Translations under genes and position numbers: made by a program
Shown here: positions 59,392 through 64,000 of the stretch, in pieces
Position numbering within the stretch: position 1 is the first letter of the stretch
Layout of the letters: each line of letters starts with the position of its first letter
The notes under the pieces: model-generated
What the model saw: only the letters and a program-made list of their open reading frames with translations
Told to the model about the DNA's origin: nothing
Database searches by the model: none
NCBI GenBank assembly: GCA_045601385.1
Contig: JAZRZM010000016.1
Location: 9,962 to 73,961 of the forward strand
Source of the DNA: Clostridia bacterium
GTDB lineage: Bacteria; Bacillota; Clostridia; Christensenellales; DTU072
Direction of reading: 5' to 3'
DNA: 64,000 bases

Positions 59392-59735
59392 TTCTTATCG
59401 TCCTCTGGTTTTTCCTCGTTTATGCCGAGTGTTATACCTAAAACATTGTCTACGGGTACCGAAAATACAATTCCTCTGCCTTTTGTCCCGAGTCCTGCTG
59501 ATTTGCAAACGGTAGACATAATTTCTTCTTTTACGTCTTTTTTGGTCAAAATCAAAATCAGTTCCTTGTCGGGATTGACGGTAATGCCGAATAGATTTTT
59601 GACCGATTTTACCGCGGTGCCGCGTGCATTGAGGATTGTTCCGCCGGTTGCTCCGACGGCGCGGACGTTGTCCATTACAAGATCGGAAAAACCTCTGTTT
59701 ATGATAACAACGACAAGTTCATACGGATAGTCCAT
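59388..59735 (-). CDS. P-II-like protein
   Basis: GATGGTILNARGT...PDKE.I.I...GRGIVFSVPV. Confidence 0.85.
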   Translation of the reverse strand: MDYPYELVVVIINRGFSDLVMDNVRAVGATGGTILNARGTAVKSVKNLFGITVNPDKELILILTKKDVKEEIMSTVCKSAGLGTKGRGIVFSVPVDNVLGITLGINEEKPEDDKK

Positions 59736-60076
59736 TATTCGATCCCTCCTGTTTCGTTCGTGAGTATACGTAGCGTAGCCGGACCGCCTACCGCCGATAT
59801 CGGCACGGTGAAAGCGATTCCCTTTCCGGGTTTTGAAAAATTATATTTTTCCGTCAGCATCGAAAACACGGACGGAATTTTTTCTTCGGTCAGTGTGGAA
59901 AGAATAATTGCTTTTTGCGTATCGCACAGCCCGAGCACGTTCAGAATATCGCTGCGCGCCGTTCCCGTTCCGTACATAATCTCGTTCAGGTTCGCTCCGC
60001 ATTCTTCGAGTGAACGCGCCGCCTTGTCGGCAAGATCCCGTTCGATAATCACAGTAAGCAGTTTCGGTTTTTTCAT
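59735..60076 (-). CDS. P-II-like protein
   Basis: YGTGTA.SDIL..LGL..T.K...PGKGIAFTVPI..VGG. Confidence 0.8.
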   Translation of the reverse strand: MKKPKLLTVIIERDLADKAARSLEECGANLNEIMYGTGTARSDILNVLGLCDTQKAIILSTLTEEKIPSVFSMLTEKYNFSKPGKGIAFTVPISAVGGPATLRILTNETGGIE

Positions 60077-60084
60077 ATTCCTCC

Positions 60085-61608
60085 TTATTGCCAGTCCAAA
60101 GAGATAATCTCGCCTTCGTGGGTAATCAGTTCGTCCATTTCCGATTTAAGCAAGGCTTTTTCCTTGGCGTCAGACTTGATTCGGTACACAAGACCGAGGG
60201 TTTGCAGGGTAATAAGCGGCGTGAGCGCCACGAGCGCGATCATACCGAAAGCGTCCGATATGACGTTTCCGCCGAGTACTTCGCATGCGCCCATTGAGAA
60301 GGGCAGAACAAAAGTCGCCGTCATCGGTCCGCTTGCCACGCCGCCCGAGTCAAACGCGATACCCGTAAAAATTTTCGGTACGAAAAAAGTCAGGATCAAT
60401 GCGACGGCATACCCGGGAACAACGAACCATAACAGGCTGATACCGGTCAGCACGCGTACCATCGACAGTCCCAACGCAATCGCCATAGAAATCATCATTA
60501 CAATGATCATCGTTCTTTTGCGAATGCTTCCGTTCGTTATTTCTTCCACCTGCTCGTTCAGCACGTGAATAGCCGGTTCGGCAAGGACGATAAACGCGCC
60601 CACGATCATCCCGATCGGCAGGAGCAGCCAGGGGTTACATTCGGCAAGCGCGTTTCCTATGTAGGCTCCCGTCGGCATAAATCCGACGTTTGCTCCCGTC
60701 AGAAAAACCGATAGTCCGATATAGGTGTAAACAAGTCCTACACATAAACGAAAAAACCTTTTCCACGGCAAATGCAGGAGAACGAATTGCAATAAAATAA
60801 AGAATCCTGTGATGGGCGCAAGCGCAATCCCGACTTCTTTCAGCGCCTCGGTAAATGCCGTCGCATATTGCATGGCAATTTCGTTCGCTCCCGAATAGAC
60901 AGTCGGATAAGTCGTGCTTGCCGCTGCCGACGGCGAAAAAACAAGAGCCAGAACAAGAACGGCAATGATCGGCCCGACAGAACAAATGCCGACCATTCCG
61001 AAACTGTTTTCTTGCGAATTCGAACCGCCGAGGACGGTGCCGATACCGACGCAAAGCGCCATAATAAACGGCACGGTAATCGGACCCGTCGTGACGCCGC
61101 CCGAATCAAATGCGAGTGAAATCAAGTCTTTATCAACAAACGCAACCAGTAAAAACATGATCGCATACATCGCTATCAAAACATAGTTTAGGGGAACATG
61201 AAGAATGATTCTGAGTACCGAAAACAGCATAAACAGCCCTACGCCGGCGGCTATGACGAGTATCAGAGTCCATGAATCGATCGATACTTGTCCGGCAAGC
61301 ACCGTCAGGTCGGGTTCGGCAATCGTCACGATAAAACCGATAATCATTCCGACAAGAAGAATAAGGGGGATTTTTTTCGTTTCGCTGATTTTTGATCCGA
61401 TATAATTGCCGATCGGTTCAATAGCAATATCGGCACCGAGCGCATACAGGCTCATACCGATGATCAATAATATCGCTCCGATAATAAAAGATATAAAATT
61501 CCGTGTGGGAAGCGGCTGAACCGAAAAATTGAGTATAACGACAATAACCGTGATCGGTAACACGGATAAAAAAGATTCTTTCAGTTTTTTGAGGAACTTT
61601 ATAATCAC
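60085..61608 (-). CDS. tandem DUF1538 membrane protein (start approximate)
   Basis: Two repeats with AEP and AFDSGGV.(T/S)GP.T..F. Confidence 0.88.
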   Translation of the reverse strand: MIIKFLKKLKESFLSVLPITVIVVILNFSVQPLPTRNFISFIIGAILLIIGMSLYALGADIAIEPIGNYIGSKISETKKIPLILLVGMIIGFIVTIAEPDLTVLAGQVSIDSWTLILVIAAGVGLFMLFSVLRIILHVPLNYVLIAMYAIMFLLVAFVDKDLISLAFDSGGVTTGPITVPFIMALCVGIGTVLGGSNSQENSFGMVGICSVGPIIAVLVLALVFSPSAAASTTYPTVYSGANEIAMQYATAFTEALKEVGIALAPITGFFILLQFVLLHLPWKRFFRLCVGLVYTYIGLSVFLTGANVGFMPTGAYIGNALAECNPWLLLPIGMIVGAFIVLAEPAIHVLNEQVEEITNGSIRKRTMIIVMMISMAIALGLSMVRVLTGISLLWFVVPGYAVALILTFFVPKIFTGIAFDSGGVASGPMTATFVLPFSMGACEVLGGNVISDAFGMIALVALTPLITLQTLGLVYRIKSDAKEKALLKSEMDELITHEGEIISLDWQ

Positions 61609-61737
61609 AATATTTATTGTATCATACATATATTCCGTTTGCAACTTTATCGTTCTTTGTTTAAGACTTTTATTCGGAAATGAAGCCATTTTTCTTGACA
61701 ATTCCCATAAAAAAGCAGATAATAGAAAGCAGTTTAC

Positions 61738-61826
61738 GGAAGGATATCGAAGCGGTCATAACGAGGCGGTCTTGAAAACCGTTTGGGCGCAAGCCCGCAA
61801 GGGTTCGAATCCCTTTCCTTCCGCCA
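61738..61826 (+). tRNA. tRNA-Ser(TGA)
   Basis: GGAAGGA acceptor stem, GCGGT-CTTGAAA-ACCGT anticodon arm, long variable arm GGGC-GCAA-GCCC, GGTTCGAATC, GCCA end. Confidence 0.96.
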
Positions 61827-61977
61827 TCAAGAAATAATACGAACCCTCGAAAGGGGGTTGTATTTTTATCGTGTTTTCCCCTTTTTTTGTTGTTAAATTT
61901 AGGAGAATTTTCCCTCATAAACTTGACTTTCCCTTATAATATGCTATAATTTAAGGGAATAATTGAGAGGTAAGGGA

Positions 61978-63024
61978 ATGAGAACTTTTAATTACGGAAA
62001 GATCAAAGATCAAAAGTGGGACTCTGAGATACTCGGACTGATCGCCGCTATCTATAAAGAAGCGGGGAAACAGGAACTCTATTTGAAACAGCGTCCGCAG
62101 GAATTGGATAAGCTTGTTGAGATCGCCAAAGTACAAAGTACCGAGGCGTCTAACGCCATCGAAGGTATCGTGACGACGGATACTCGTATAAAGCAACTCG
62201 TTAAAGAAAAGACGACGCCTCGGAATAGAAATGAACGAGAAATCGCAGGCTATCGGGATGTGCTTGGACTTATACACGAAAGTTTTGACGCTATTCCCAT
62301 TACCCAAAACTATATTCTTCAAATGCATAAGATTTTGTATAGTCACGTAAACAACCCGGTAGCCGGACGGACAAAAACGGTGCAAAACTACATCAGTGCA
62401 ACCTATTCCGACGGACATACGCAGATTCTTTTCACCCCTTTAGCTCCATGCGAAACGCCCGAAGCCTTAGATCGCATTTGTGAAGAATATAATCGCGTGA
62501 TCGGGAATATGGAAGTAGAACCGTTGCTCGCTATCCCTGTTTTTATTCACGATTTTCTTTGCGTCCATCCTTTTAACGACGGGAATGGAAGAATGAGTCG
62601 GCTTTTGACGACGCTTCTTTTGTATAGAAGCGGATTTTATGTCGGCAAATATATTTCTTTGGAAGCAAAAATTGCAAAAAACAAAGATTTGTACTATAAT
62701 GCGCTTTCGCTTTCGCAAGACGGTTGGCTTGAAGGAACGGAAGATCCCGTGCCCTTTATCAAATATTTGCTCGGAACAATACTTGCCGCATACAAAGACT
62801 TTGAAGATCGTTTTTCTATTATAGAAGTAAAACGCCCGGCATTGGAAACGGTACGTCTTGCTACGCAAAACAAGATAGGACGTTTTTCCAAACAGGATAT
62901 CCGCGAACTTTGCCCGTCGCTAAGTATGAGTTCTTTGGAGGGGGCTTTAAGAAAACTGGTAAAATTCGGAGAACTGAAGCGTGAAGGAGAAGGAAAGAGC
63001 ACGCGGTATTATAATTTAAAATAA
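61978..63024 (+). CDS. Fic-family protein with C-terminal winged HTH
   Basis: HPFNDGNGRMSR catalytic motif; SNAIEG inhibitory motif; TTGACT/TATAAT promoter at 61923-61950. Confidence 0.93.
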   Translation: MRTFNYGKIKDQKWDSEILGLIAAIYKEAGKQELYLKQRPQELDKLVEIAKVQSTEASNAIEGIVTTDTRIKQLVKEKTTPRNRNEREIAGYRDVLGLIHESFDAIPITQNYILQMHKILYSHVNNPVAGRTKTVQNYISATYSDGHTQILFTPLAPCETPEALDRICEEYNRVIGNMEVEPLLAIPVFIHDFLCVHPFNDGNGRMSRLLTTLLLYRSGFYVGKYISLEAKIAKNKDLYYNALSLSQDGWLEGTEDPVPFIKYLLGTILAAYKDFEDRFSIIEVKRPALETVRLATQNKIGRFSKQDIRELCPSLSMSSLEGALRKLVKFGELKREGEGKSTRYYNLK

Positions 63025-63267
63025 TCGCTATAAAAAAATTATTTCTATAAAAGAATAAAAAGAAATTAGAACTGCTTTGGGGAAAAGTTGGTAAAGGAGT
63101 GACTAAAATTTCGGTTTACATTACTATCGCTTCGCCATCAAAAAAGATTTGAACAGGAAAAGTGGAGTTTGTAATTCGTTTCGTTTTTTGTAAAGAAGTT
63201 TCTTGCGAAAAGCAAAAGTTGAAATATTATACGATGTATGGTATAATGTAAGAAAAAGGAGGGATTT

Positions 63268-64000
63268 ATGTCCGAATTCAAAAGTTTGAAAGTAGTTGAT
63301 AATTTTTATCAGAACAATTTGTTTTTCCCGATGCCGACCGTTGCCATTTCTACGCTTTGCGAAGACGGAACGACGACAATCGGCAGTTATTCTTTGGTGT
63401 TTCCTTATTATATAGCGGGGAAAGACTACTATGCGATGATACTCGAATGTCGGAATTCTTCGAACACCGCGCAGAACATTCTGAAAAACGGAAAATGCGC
63501 GTTGAACTTTATCAAAGACGACAGGAAGTACTTCAAAGAGGTCGTTCGTCTCGGTTTCCCGGGAAAAACGCCCGCCGAAAAAATGAAAGACTGTAATTTT
63601 GAGTTGATAAAAGGTCAAGCGGAAGGGGATAGACCTCTTATCCTTAAAGACGCGTATCAGGTTATCGAATGTACCTGGGACGACAGCCTGGAAGACGGCT
63701 ATAAGTCCAAAGCGCACGTCGGAGAACTCGAAGGCGTGGAGCCGCCGTATAACAATTTTAACGGTATTACGTCCAAGTTCGGTTGCCATTTTATTTTGAA
63801 AATCGATACCATTTTGATGGAAGATAAGTATGCCGACAATCTGAAAAACGGGTTGAAATGTACTTCTTTCCCGAACGTTCCCGTCGATTACGGTTATCAC
63901 GACAGTAAAAACTTCTGGTATAAAAAATTCAAAGGCTTTTTGCCGACTTCGGAGTCTATCGCCACCAGCAACGCGTGCTCGGTAGAAAGCGTAATGTACT
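63268..64000 (+). CDS. flavin-reductase-like (split-barrel) protein, runs off the window
   Basis: AGGAGG RBS; MSEFKSLKVVDNFYQ..FFPMPTVAISTL..DGTT.IGSYSL...SNTAQNILKNGKCALNF; no stop before window end. Confidence 0.65.
   Translation, partial: MSEFKSLKVVDNFYQNNLFFPMPTVAISTLCEDGTTTIGSYSLVFPYYIAGKDYYAMILECRNSSNTAQNILKNGKCALNFIKDDRKYFKEVVRLGFPGKTPAEKMKDCNFELIKGQAEGDRPLILKDAYQVIECTWDDSLEDGYKSKAHVGELEGVEPPYNNFNGITSKFGCHFILKIDTILMEDKYADNLKNGLKCTSFPNVPVDYGYHDSKNFWYKKFKGFLPTSESIATSNACSVESVMY

Noticed and set aside
63124-63900. 258-aa minus-strand ORF
   Set aside because: Antisense to the RBS-led plus-strand gene starting at 63268, which the ORF track omits because it has no stop in the window.

Overview
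Bacterial chromosome segment, most likely a spore-forming Clostridia-class Firmicute (gpr, spoVB-like flippase, T-box, THF riboswitch, Prp-processed L27). It opens with the right end of a defence island (DISARM-like drmA-drmB, an HNH nuclease, then an orphan promoter-to-terminator unit). Housekeeping loci follow: rplU-prp-rpmA, rpsT, an EF-G paralogue, a hexuronate operon, nfnAB, uraA-upp, dnaX, ECF S-components, a heterodimeric ABC exporter, prs, pgk-tpiA-gpmI, trpB2, lysC, cdaA, holA, DUF1538/P-II, and two tRNAs. The most unusual signals are: (1) a MuF-like/DUF6883 toxin plus putative immunity gene enclosed by bipartite inverted repeats (23.3-24.4 kb); (2) an apparent pyrBI-style translated leader-peptide attenuator upstream of uraA-upp, with no PyrR site seen; (3) a 13-bp repeat array and AT-rich tract where GC skew appears to flip (~37.3 kb); (4) a 1563-aa tandem, degenerate GH2 protein upstream of dnaX; (5) a candidate small RNA after the HNH gene. 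All family calls are by motif recognition, with no database searches run.
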